Positions 10,101 through 18,422 of a DNA stretch of 64,000 nt are shown here, piece after piece (position 1 is the stretch's first letter; each line of letters starts with the position of its first letter). Source of the DNA: Nitrospirota bacterium (GTDB lineage: Bacteria > Nitrospirota > UBA9217); NCBI GenBank assembly GCA_963737155.1, contig CAVTRN010000002.1, forward strand, positions 1,312,001-1,376,000, given 5' to 3'. The notes beneath the pieces are model-generated. The model had not been told where the DNA came from and did no database searches. It saw only the letters and a list, made by a program, of their open reading frames with translations. A program made the position numbers and the translations under genes.

Positions 10101-13100
10101 ATACGCTTCCCTTGTAGTGGTAATACCGTGTTCCCCGGTCCGAGGTGTAATCATAATGGTCGTAGTGAATCAAAGAGGATTGTCCATCGGGTGTGCCGTA
10201 TGCAATGCCCTGGCGCGTGAACAGGATTCTGTCCGCATCGATCAGGTAACGGATGTTCTTCTCATCTATCTCGTCGACATAGAAAGCATATCTCCCGTCC
10301 TCAAGCGGTGTGAGCTCCGCGACTGAGAGCCTTGCAATAGTCTTAATACCGCCAGAATCAGATCCCGCCGTGGGTTCAGTCAAGGCAAAGGCGCTCACAC
10401 CGCTGTGGCCGAGATAGCGCAGGAAGAGTTTATGGCATCGCTCCCGGCGAGGCAGCTCATCAAGCGCAGCCACTATATCAGGCATGACATGCTCAAAGAG
10501 TTCTGTGGCATGCTTAAGGGCTGTTATGAATCCATTGAAATCCCCGCGTTGTCCGGCAACACCGGCGCTGTAAAAGGCGCGCAAGAAATTGGAGCTTAAG
10601 TACTTAACCACACGCGTATGACGAATGCGATCGTCCACAAGCTTCATGATCGATTCATACTCTTTCCTGATCCAGGCAGGATCGGGGGAGGAAAAGGATT
10701 TAATGATCCCCGCGAGTCGCTTGCTTATCTCGCCCAAATGCCGGGAGTCATGTGCCAGTGGCGCAAGCTCCTCGCGCACGCGAGGTAACTCATCTTCCAA
10801 CCCGAGAAGGATCGGTGTCGTGCCGATGCTTGTGCTGGCCATGATGAGCAGATTTATTGCCGCATCTCCGAAATTCCCTGCTGCTGAGTTCAGGATATAA
10901 TATTCGGCTTTATGCCAGCCGAGACCGTTTTCGGCTTGTGGAATGTAGGTCGCGAGCCATTTGTGCTCTTTTATTGCCGTGATTACCTCATCGGGCAGGC
11001 TGTGGTCCCGCTCAATTGCGCGTTCAATGAAGAGACCGCCGAAAAATTTATCCCGGCAGTTTATTTTGAACCAGTCGGTAAGTTCAAGCCATCGCGCTCG
11101 CAAATGAGGATCGTGGAGCTGAATTTCAGGAAGATAACGGGGAGAGCGGTCGAAGACGTTCTTCAGAAAGCTACCAGAGGAATGAGGAACTCCCGGAGTT
11201 GTGCAGAACGTTTTGTAATCACTGTCCAGTGCCACTGAGGGAAGGATCGGCTCAGCAGGGAACAGGGCTGATGGTGAAACACGACCGCGTCCAGCTGACA
11301 ATAGAGCTTCCTGAAGCATAGTTTTTGCCTGTCCTAGCAGCACTTCAGCCGCGGCTGCTTCGGCTTCCCTGCTTGTGCCGTTTTCGAGTGCAAGCTCAAT
11401 TTTATGGAGTACGATGCGGATACCAATGAGGAGCGCTTTAACCTGCCCCGCCAGCAGGGAATCCACGTCTTCAGGTAGATCAATGCAGAGAGTTTCGAGC
11501 TCCTCAAGCTGCTTCGCGCGTTTTTCGAGCGGTTCTCCCCGAATAGTCATCGATTTCCAAGATTGGAAAATTGACCTGTCTCTGCCTCGTAAACGGAGAA
11601 GGGCATGCAAAGATGCAGCCGCTCCGTAACCGGGAGAAAGGAATCGGAACAGCGCACTGTCGCGGTAGAATCTCGAGAGCAGATCATCCTCGGAATATGC
11701 AAAACCGCCGAAAACCTGGCCGGCATCGTAGCCTAGGCTGCCGGGCTCAGGGCCGAAAGCAGCAGCGGCGAGGGTTGAAGATATAAGATCAAGTTCGGTG
11801 TCTGGTGTCTCGAGTTCAGCGAAAGAATCAAAGAGCGTTTTTAGCAGCAAGCGCCAGGCTTCGATCCTGCTGATCATGGCTTTTACCGCGCCGAGTTTGG
11901 CGATGCCGTCACGGCCTTCCGTATCGAGCATCTGGCCAGGGAACTGAATGCGGCCTATCGCGTGCTCCGCAGCTCTTCGCGAAAGATAATCAGCGGCTCC
12001 AAGGGCAACGGCAAGATAGGAAAAAGCGCAAGGGATCCCATTATTGTCATGGGCGAGGACGTCGTGTCTTTTCACGCTGCAGTCTAGCGTAACATCGGAA
12101 AATGACGCCGCTCTGAAGCCGATTGTCGGCGTGCTCGTGATCATAACACCGTTTGTGGTTAGCGGTATGATATTTCCCCTCCCTCCCGCTATGAGAAGGA
12201 GTGTATGACATGCGGCAAGTGGAACAAAATTTAATGTGCCCCGGATTCGGACACTTTCAAGACCCTCCTCTATCACGAGATGCTCTGCTCTCACGGCGCA
12301 GATCCCGGGATTGAGCATGGTGCCTGCTGTCCTTAGCGTCTTGATCGCTGCAAACTGGTGTGCTGCAATGAGACCGAGTGCTGGGCTGATTGTTGAGAGC
12401 GCCCTGACCGCTTCATGCGGAGAGTCGGTGTGGTCCGCAATAAATGTGTGCAGCATTGCAGCTCCTGCTGCTCCCAGCGGTTCCTCCTCCCATTGCTTGA
12501 CCACGCGATCCGGAAAGAGAAGTGATATCGATTCATAAGATATGGTCCCGGTGCTTCGTCGCGCCTTTGCGGTCGTCGCAGGAGGTTCGACATCGCGTAC
12601 CCCTCTCCATGTCAAAAGGCGCTGTTCCAAGGTTCGACAGTTGTAGAACACATGGAACAGCTTTCCCTCCATCAGCCGTAATTCGATGGCGGTTTTATCC
12701 GAGTGGATCAGCTGGGATAACCCCTCCCTGCTGTCATTCGAGAGCGCCGTCTCTAGATGCCCGAGCTTTTCGATCAGCCGTTTTCCAATCAAGAGGGGCC
12801 AGGCTTTTCTACTTTTATCCCCGGAGGAAGGAAATTGTTTCACAGCATCCATGAAAGCCAACGTCGCATTCAAGGCAGACCGGCAGGCAGCCTTGATGTT
12901 GTCACTCAGATACCAAACCGTTTCATCGAGTGCCCGTATGATTGCATGCCCAGCCTCAGAAGGGCGGAACCTTGGAGAGGAATCCCTGAGCGAATTCAGC
13001 AGCAGCGATATGGTTCCGCTCTCGGGTCGGTAAATGAGTTTATGGTCCGTGTGTCGGCCCCAGAGTGTGCGGGCCGGCTCGGCGCGCCAGCACGTTTCGC

Positions 13101-15090
13101 ACTTGATACAGTTTTCGTAGTTCACCGTTACCTTGCCGCGTCCCATGAGCGGAACGTCATAAATATAAACCCGGGCGGGACAAACCCACCAGAGTGCCGA
13201 CTTGGACATCTCCTGCTGCTCCGCAAGGGAGTCCGGCCAGAGGGTTTTTATGTGGGACGGGGTGCCCACACGGTATGTGTTGGCAGCGAGCTTTGTCTCC
13301 AGATTTTCACGGACCTTTACTGATTCGAGATTCCGCGCTTTCCTCTGTGATTCGCCATAAGCACTAACTGGTTCGGCTAGAAATTTGTCCACGGGCGTTT
13401 TTATCACGTAAAAACGAAAAGCGTCCCAAACGCCCGTCCAAAGGGCAATCAGAAAGAGCGAGGTGCCAAAGAGGGGAAGGATGAGGAGGTCGCTCAGGTT
13501 CAGGCCGCGTATGACGAGGAGAACGGCCTTTGATAATTTCTTATCTAGCGTCTGTCCGTCATGGGAATAGACCTGCTCGAGCGCGAGCAGGATTGCGGGC
13601 GAAAGCCGTTTGATGAATGAGTTTACAGGCCAAGGCAAATTTGAGGGGTCGATTGTCCCGTTGTTGATGCGAAGCAGGATGCCCAGCTTCGGGTCGGGGG
13701 CGGGTGTTTTTGTGAAGACATTGGCAATCCAGTGCCCGATTGTGGCCGGGTTGAATACGGACATCATAATTGGCTTCCATAGCCTGAGCGATCTGATCAT
13801 CTTCGAGTTGTCCGAAATGGACTCCCTGAGGCCGCGCCAGGAAAGAAGGTGGTTTCTGAGGAACCGTCCTGTTTGAATATAGCTTCCGCTTGATAAGAAA
13901 TGCGCTGATCCGCAGACGATGTCGACAGTCCTGCCGAAGAGGGCCGATGAACCCCCAAAATACTTAGGCCACGTTGACAGATACCGGGCATTTTTGCCGT
14001 ACGCACTGGCCTGGAGTGGCGCAAGATATTCCTGCTCGAGATTTTTCGCATCCGGCGTACGACCTCGGCCCAGTATTGCTTTCACGGCCCGAGCGAAGTA
14101 AAGTCCGGTTGCAGATGCCGGGCCGGTGAAATTCGGGAAGGGGAAGTCGATACCTAATCCGACAGGGGCTCCACCCACGGCAAGGCCGTCTTCAACCAGA
14201 ACAGGCCGTTCGGTCCATCCGCCACTCCTGATGAGCTTAGCTCCATAAGCGGAGAGTTCTGCGCTTCCGGCAAGTTCCTTTATATAGGGTAGTCCCCGCA
14301 ACCACTCGAAAAGTCTGTCGTGGTCGCCGTGGTAATGCTTTTTCAAATTGTCCAAGGGGACCACATATCCGAGAGACAGGCTGTCGCTGTTTGTATACAG
14401 GAACCCCCCGATATTAAGTCTAGCCGTCTTTCCGGCGATTGAAGCATTCCGGATGAGAAGCTCATAGGCGCATCCTTCGCCGGGTTGCAAATTGAACCGA
14501 GATTCGATGTCAGAAGGCTTGAGCGATAGCACTGCTTTCACACCCTGGAGATAATGAGGTTCCGAAACACGTTCGAGCTGTTCTGACCGAATCAGATGGG
14601 AAGCGTCGCCTTCGGCGATAAAAACGATGTCCGCATAAAGTGGCCCGCGGTTTGTCTGGACCCCGACGACTCTTCGACCCTTCCGAAGAAGTGCAAAAAC
14701 TGTTGTTTCGGTGATATGAACCGCACCTTTTCTGTGTGCAAGGTGCGCAAAGTAGGGGTCATAGATGGGTCTGAGCACAGTGTAGCAGTTTTTAAACGCA
14801 TCGGCGTTCATGAACTCCACGCCAACGACGTCAAGACCGTTATGCATGAGAGTTCCGCGCCGGATTACCCGCCGTTCAAAGGGTGCGGTCTCAACGGCTT
14901 CGCGGCCGAAGCAGTCATTTTCAGCAAGAATTTCGGTAAAGTAAACGCATCCCGACCAGTTTTCGGAACCTGCATAAACACCTGCTTCGATCAGCGCAAC
15001 GGATATACCCGCATTGGCAAGAGCGCCAGCAGCGGCGACACCCGCGGGACCGGCCCCGACAACAATGACATCGAATTTATACCGGATCAT
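7180..15090 (-). CDS. Giant multidomain fusion: FixC-like FAD oxidoreductase + FixX-like 4Fe-4S + degenerate acyl-CoA dehydrogenase + acyl-CoA dehydrogenase + ETF beta + ETF alpha
   Basis: FixC: DVIVVGAGPAG...GSENWSG. FixX: CPARVY...CIKCETC. ACAD-like: GRIQFPG, QVFGGFAY, RFYRD. ACAD: FALTEPTAGSD, GAKMWITNG, KMGQRGSPT, IYEGTNEVQR. ETF-beta: LRILCILRPVFD...DPLD. ETF-alpha: QIGQTG, GISGAPQH, NKDPDAPL. Confidence 0.9.
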   Translation of the reverse strand: MIRYKFDVIVVGAGPAGVAAAGALANAGISVALIEAGVYAGSENWSGCVYFTEILAENDCFGREAVETAPFERRVIRRGTLMHNGLDVVGVEFMNADAFKNCYTVLRPIYDPYFAHLAHRKGAVHITETTVFALLRKGRRVVGVQTNRGPLYADIVFIAEGDASHLIRSEQLERVSEPHYLQGVKAVLSLKPSDIESRFNLQPGEGCAYELLIRNASIAGKTARLNIGGFLYTNSDSLSLGYVVPLDNLKKHYHGDHDRLFEWLRGLPYIKELAGSAELSAYGAKLIRSGGWTERPVLVEDGLAVGGAPVGLGIDFPFPNFTGPASATGLYFARAVKAILGRGRTPDAKNLEQEYLAPLQASAYGKNARYLSTWPKYFGGSSALFGRTVDIVCGSAHFLSSGSYIQTGRFLRNHLLSWRGLRESISDNSKMIRSLRLWKPIMMSVFNPATIGHWIANVFTKTPAPDPKLGILLRINNGTIDPSNLPWPVNSFIKRLSPAILLALEQVYSHDGQTLDKKLSKAVLLVIRGLNLSDLLILPLFGTSLFLIALWTGVWDAFRFYVIKTPVDKFLAEPVSAYGESQRKARNLESVKVRENLETKLAANTYRVGTPSHIKTLWPDSLAEQQEMSKSALWWVCPARVYIYDVPLMGRGKVTVNYENCIKCETCWRAEPARTLWGRHTDHKLIYRPESGTISLLLNSLRDSSPRFRPSEAGHAIIRALDETVWYLSDNIKAACRSALNATLAFMDAVKQFPSSGDKSRKAWPLLIGKRLIEKLGHLETALSNDSREGLSQLIHSDKTAIELRLMEGKLFHVFYNCRTLEQRLLTWRGVRDVEPPATTAKARRSTGTISYESISLLFPDRVVKQWEEEPLGAAGAAMLHTFIADHTDSPHEAVRALSTISPALGLIAAHQFAAIKTLRTAGTMLNPGICAVRAEHLVIEEGLESVRIRGTLNFVPLAACHTLLLIAGGRGNIIPLTTNGVMITSTPTIGFRAASFSDVTLDCSVKRHDVLAHDNNGIPCAFSYLAVALGAADYLSRRAAEHAIGRIQFPGQMLDTEGRDGIAKLGAVKAMISRIEAWRLLLKTLFDSFAELETPDTELDLISSTLAAAAFGPEPGSLGYDAGQVFGGFAYSEDDLLSRFYRDSALFRFLSPGYGAAASLHALLRLRGRDRSIFQSWKSMTIRGEPLEKRAKQLEELETLCIDLPEDVDSLLAGQVKALLIGIRIVLHKIELALENGTSREAEAAAAEVLLGQAKTMLQEALLSAGRGRVSPSALFPAEPILPSVALDSDYKTFCTTPGVPHSSGSFLKNVFDRSPRYLPEIQLHDPHLRARWLELTDWFKINCRDKFFGGLFIERAIERDHSLPDEVITAIKEHKWLATYIPQAENGLGWHKAEYYILNSAAGNFGDAAINLLIMASTSIGTTPILLGLEDELPRVREELAPLAHDSRHLGEISKRLAGIIKSFSSPDPAWIRKEYESIMKLVDDRIRHTRVVKYLSSNFLRAFYSAGVAGQRGDFNGFITALKHATELFEHVMPDIVAALDELPRRERCHKLFLRYLGHSGVSAFALTEPTAGSDSGGIKTIARLSVAELTPLEDGRYAFYVDEIDEKNIRYLIDADRILFTRQGIAYGTPDGQSSLIHYDHYDYTSDRGTRYYHYKGSVCEFHDIGQSRMAGTKPMYEYYRLTGAKMWITNGSIATQFCLFARTDEGVTGFLVDRHSEGLKVGADEKKMGQRGSPTNEISIDNVRVPREAVIGYEGHGQANALETLNVGRCGLAVVSGALMHKLLDEARSQLTPSPDRDKLLGEAAAILFGSESLAFYLIGLFDRPHESVRMESAIAKYACSEDIHELLTLVEYAFGPQGQTEHFLLEKARRDARILTIYEGTNEVQRFLILRDLITQAQTWPELTAQSRDNSAQVLAEWKNMLRTFVKDAVALLGDLSWSDAMLQPALFPLADMAGEILRLECIYYRMEWLGCRKKLLEQSDPEYVPLLLIAGDRAAERTLARLAAIRDRFKYAWEQVRQNLDLAEVRAADAALGRAYLQVETVFETSAPLKAQLRILCILRPVFDLSPKPRLEHGSIKEIVEITDPLDLSGVTQALSLKAESSNMVYVDALLIGNAGHEQLLRSAAASADRLIRLNCNFATPAEIASTVHTLEVMNQYDLITIGSSCLNGEQGAGAYLAGALSRTHYRKSRFLARPDGMGLEQIAPPAVLSITGVTAPSEQDISMTVTSSFAHIMVINSAIQSAAAQTPRFERPAGAAAPAATITTVQAAAEYLGNYAAQARSAQAEEYQGEIVRGRLSDDHAIWAILDPREQKANAAILRAGRKIADGFSRPMNAVVAAPRAFWSMLLGLTRANGADRAFCLDTGDSMLSIEGKEELLRVITKTSDKPLVLGGSYWLDAFGVVAAQLFSTGRHVHVYGDIGSIVYQEDRSMRISMAAYDNRLIRKERLGEESAFLTIPRNAEFGAPEMRSNFTAVALEYPLSSEWLMPLPPEALTTLSQADIIIDLGYGIRDRAGFELAQELKSVLEGRGLAPLFGATRKVTQDLKLLPLDAQIGQTGIRVNPKLIIALGISGAPQHIDYVGTRTEILCFNKDPDAPLMKLNQNRHAPIVHPIEGDLFVTVRELIEKLG

Positions 15091-15421
15091 GAGTTCTCCT
15101 GTGAACGAGAGAAGGATGCATGGAACATGAAATTGAAATGAGGAAGGTTTGCTGAGTATTCTTTGGTTAGATTATAGCAAATATTCGCACAGCAAGTTAA
15201 TGCCAAGAGGAGAAATAATTCCAGAATTCGTAATTTTCAAGGGTAATGCGGTCTTGAGATATTGTTTATCATAGACACTGCACCTGCCATTTCTTTCTAC
15301 GCAAGAAGTCCTGATAGTATTTAAACCGCAACTTGACAAAATGCTCTTTCCAGAAAGAATCTCGTGAATGTGTTGGCTTAGGCTTACACTGCCTGAGTTA
15401 CAGATTTTTTCAATTATCATC

Positions 15422-15450
15422 TTGACATGGTGGCGCGACTAATGTATGCT
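15422..15450 (+). promoter_or_regulatory. Sigma70-type promoter of the cold-shock gene
   Basis: TTGACA-17 bp-TATGCT. Confidence 0.7.
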
Positions 15451-15508
15451 TAGCCATCCGTGGACATGTTCCCGGGTAATTTCAAAAACGAAGCAGAGGA
15501 GAAACAGA

Positions 15509-15709
15509 ATGGCAAATGGTGTAGTGAAGTGGTTCAACAACAGCAAGGGGTTTGGGTTCATCACGCAGGAAAATGGTGAGGATGTGTTCGTTCATTTTTC
15601 GGCGATCCAGGGTGATGGTTTCAAGTCCCTGAACGAGGGCGACAAGGTGACCTTCGAAGTTGTGAAGGGGCCCAAAGGCCTTCAGGCAGCCAACGTAAAT
15701 AAGGCTTAA
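15509..15709 (+). CDS. Cold-shock protein, CspA family
   Basis: [37 protein letters not shown]; GAGGAG RBS. Confidence 0.97.
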   Translation: MANGVVKWFNNSKGFGFITQENGEDVFVHFSAIQGDGFKSLNEGDKVTFEVVKGPKGLQAANVNKA

Positions 15710-15742
15710 TAAGATTCGGAGAAAATAATACTTAAACACTCC

Positions 15743-15773
15743 AAAAGCCCCTGAAAAATCAGGGGCTTTTTTT
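15743..15773 (+). terminator. Rho-independent terminator after csp
   Basis: AAAAGCCCCTGA-AAAA-TCAGGGGCTTTT followed by a T-run. Confidence 0.9.
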
Positions 15774-15859
15774 ATATCCTTGGCGTTTGCGGGAGGGCGG
15801 GTACTCACCGATTTCTTTGTTGCGGATTCTAAATATTCTTATTTTTATAAAAAACATCC

Positions 15860-16398
15860 TTGAATACCCAGCAGCTTGCTGCTGGGATGAAAAGGATATC
15901 CTGACGAAGTCAGGATGATTTTCTGATACAATACGGGCCATGAGCCCATTGAGAAGAAGCAGACATTGTGTCTATGATCTCAAGTACCATTTCGTATGGA
16001 TACCGAAATATCGTAAAAAACTGTTCGACGTTCGGATGACGAAACGATTGAAAGAAATCTTTCGTGAGATAGCTGAACAGTACGATTTGGAAATAGATAC
16101 GATGGAAGTCATGGATGACCATGTACACTTGTTTTTGGTTGTTCCTCCGAAGTATGCGTCTGCGAAGGTAGTACAAATGATTAAAAGTATCTCCGCCAGA
16201 ATAATGTTCCAAGAGTTCCCGGAGATAAAGAAAAAGCTCTGGGGAGGGGAACTGTGGAACGATGGTTACTTTGTCCGTTCGGTTGGCGACAAAGTAACGG
16301 CGGAAGTGATTAGAAACTATATTCGGTATCAGCATGATGAGCAAATAGGTTTTAGATTCTAGTCAAAATGCCTCGCAGCTTGCTGCGGGGTTATTTAC
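15860..16398 (+). mobile_element. IS200/IS605-family insertion sequence (tnpA only)
   Basis: Y1 transposase flanked by subterminal hairpins CCCAGCAGCTTGCTGCTGGG (15867-15886) and CCTCGCAGCTTGCTGCGGGG (16371-16390); exact ends approximate. Confidence 0.85.
15940..16362 (+). CDS. tnpA: IS200/IS605 Y1 (HUH) transposase
   Basis: YHFVWIPKYR, DHVHLF (HUH), LWNDGYFVRSVG, YIRYQ (catalytic Tyr). Confidence 0.95.
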   Translation: MSPLRRSRHCVYDLKYHFVWIPKYRKKLFDVRMTKRLKEIFREIAEQYDLEIDTMEVMDDHVHLFLVVPPKYASAKVVQMIKSISARIMFQEFPEIKKKLWGGELWNDGYFVRSVGDKVTAEVIRNYIRYQHDEQIGFRF

Positions 16399-17338
16399 TT
16401 TGAGGGGGGCAGACACTTCGCAGCCTCATTATTGCCTCAGCTTTATACGCGGCTGTCTATCTCACTGACTACAGCGGTACCCAGAAGACATACTCGACGA
16501 CCGTACCGCGGTCCGCTACGATGTGAATCGCAGGAGATTCCTATCTCACTCCCTATGACACTTGCGACGTGCACGAACAACGTCTGCTTCGAGCTCACTA
16601 CCCATCAACTTATGTGGAGCAGGATCAGCGCCCCGACGCTTCCGAAATAGAATCCCGGCATGAATCCGAGTTCCATAAACATCAGACCGCCAATAGTTGC
16701 TCCAATTTTCATTCCTGCTTTTACCGGTTCGCGCTTCATGTGGAAGTACTATCTGCAACATAATTGACCGTTTGTTCCGCTTGCACCGCTATGCTTCGAT
16801 ACTTCCATCGTTCAGCCGAAGATCCTGGACGCGGCGGAGGATGAAGTTACAATTTCTATTCCCTCGACCGGAACGCCGACGAGCACGGATGCGAATAGGA
16901 TGGCCTTCGGCAGAATTTTCGGTTCGAGCGCCAATCCGAATATCATTCATGCGAATTTTATTCCCGGTGATCCTCCGAGGAGACTGCCGGGAAGAGCATT
17001 TATCGTGCGAATACCACAAGATATAACAAGGCGCTTCCGAGGCTGATTTTGTTGAGATTGAGATCTTCATGTTTGCATACTCCTTTTTATTTTGCCTTGC
17101 TTTCTGAAATTGCACGAGCCATGTCAAAATATGACCATGTGAATTTACCGGGTGTTCTGTGCGCGTATCTGCAGAGTTGAGAAAAGGGATTAATCTTTTT
17201 TTAGAAATTCAAAGGGAAGAGGTTATATTTAAACGATGGGATGCCAAGAAGTGAGTTAAAAAGCGCTGACGTGCTGTGTTTGTCTTCATCAAAGGGTTGT
17301 GAAAGGAGAAAGCGTTGTCCTGTGCATTGTTGGGCGGG

Positions 17339-18316
17339 TTATTGAGTAAAAAGGAAAACGAATTTTTCGAACAATTCCTTGTGAAAGTTTTTCACCAGGG
17401 TTTCCTTCATGAGTTTGAGCGCTCCGAATGTGTTGAGCTTTTGCTGGTACGAGCGGTCCGAAGTAAGTGCGTCATAAACATCGGCGATGCAGCAGATGCG
17501 GCCGTAGGTGTGAATCTGGTCCTCTTTGAGCCTTCCCGGGTAGCCAGAACCATCCTCTCGTTCGTGATGTTGCATGACGATGATCATGCATTCCTCGGTC
17601 AGCTGATTAGTTTCCTTCAGGATATTGTATCCCTCGGTGGGGTGTAATTTCATAGTGTGCATTTCTTCTTCCGTGAGTTTCCCCCGTTTGTTGATGATGG
17701 AGGGGTTGATGCGGACTTTGCCGATGTCATGCAGAAAAAAACCGGCGCCGAGCTCGTGCATGTCATGGGCATCGGACCCCTTGAAGGCCGACTTGGCGAG
17801 TAAAACCGAAAAGACGCCCACATTCACCGAATGGGTATAGGTGTAGAAGTCATAACATGTGATTTTGAGTAATTCCCTCGATGTAACATCATCGGCTATG
17901 ATGAGGTCAACGATTTCCGAGATGTTTTTTTTTGCTTCGCGGATATTTTCCGCTCTCGGGTCCTCAAAGAGTCGCTCCACGAGAACGCGCGAAGCTTCGT
18001 ATACAAGTTTTGATTTTATTTCCGGCGGAAGCGACAGGTCGTGTATGATCTCGCGAAATTCGGGTGGGACCAGCGTTTCAGGCGACCACGTTTTCGGTGG
18101 AACGATTGTCGGGGGCCCGACCGGAGGTAAATCAGTCCATTCTCCTTTATCCGTATTGATAACTATTTCGGTGATGCCATGGTCGATGATCTTGTCAATC
18201 TGGTCTTGTGATTTTATGATGAACTCGTTTTTTAAAAAAGGGTGCTTGAACCAAGATACGGGCAGCATGATGTACATGCCGACCGCGAGGTCCTGTACTT
18301 TGATCGTCTTATTCAT
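17339..18316 (-). CDS. HD-GYP domain c-di-GMP phosphodiesterase with DUF3391-like N-terminus
   Basis: YTYTHSVNV, LHDIGK, HHEREDGSGYPG, ADVYDALTSDR; N-terminal LAVGMYI..WFKHPFL; ATG at 18316 chosen. Confidence 0.9.
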   Translation of the reverse strand: MNKTIKVQDLAVGMYIMLPVSWFKHPFLKNEFIIKSQDQIDKIIDHGITEIVINTDKGEWTDLPPVGPPTIVPPKTWSPETLVPPEFREIIHDLSLPPEIKSKLVYEASRVLVERLFEDPRAENIREAKKNISEIVDLIIADDVTSRELLKITCYDFYTYTHSVNVGVFSVLLAKSAFKGSDAHDMHELGAGFFLHDIGKVRINPSIINKRGKLTEEEMHTMKLHPTEGYNILKETNQLTEECMIIVMQHHEREDGSGYPGRLKEDQIHTYGRICCIADVYDALTSDRSYQQKLNTFGALKLMKETLVKNFHKELFEKFVFLFTQ

Positions 18317-18422
18317 AGAGAAACATATTACCACAAAAAGGAAAAAAAAAGCACACCTAAGATGAAGTTTGGTCAACCTTCTCGCGGTGTGCCTTAAAAC
18401 GACTTACCGTTTATAAAAATAC

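Noticed and set aside
10040-10800. Possible inteins as an explanation for the ACAD insertions
   Set aside because: No Cys/Ser start with a His-Asn end followed by Cys/Ser/Thr, and no homing-endonuclease motifs.
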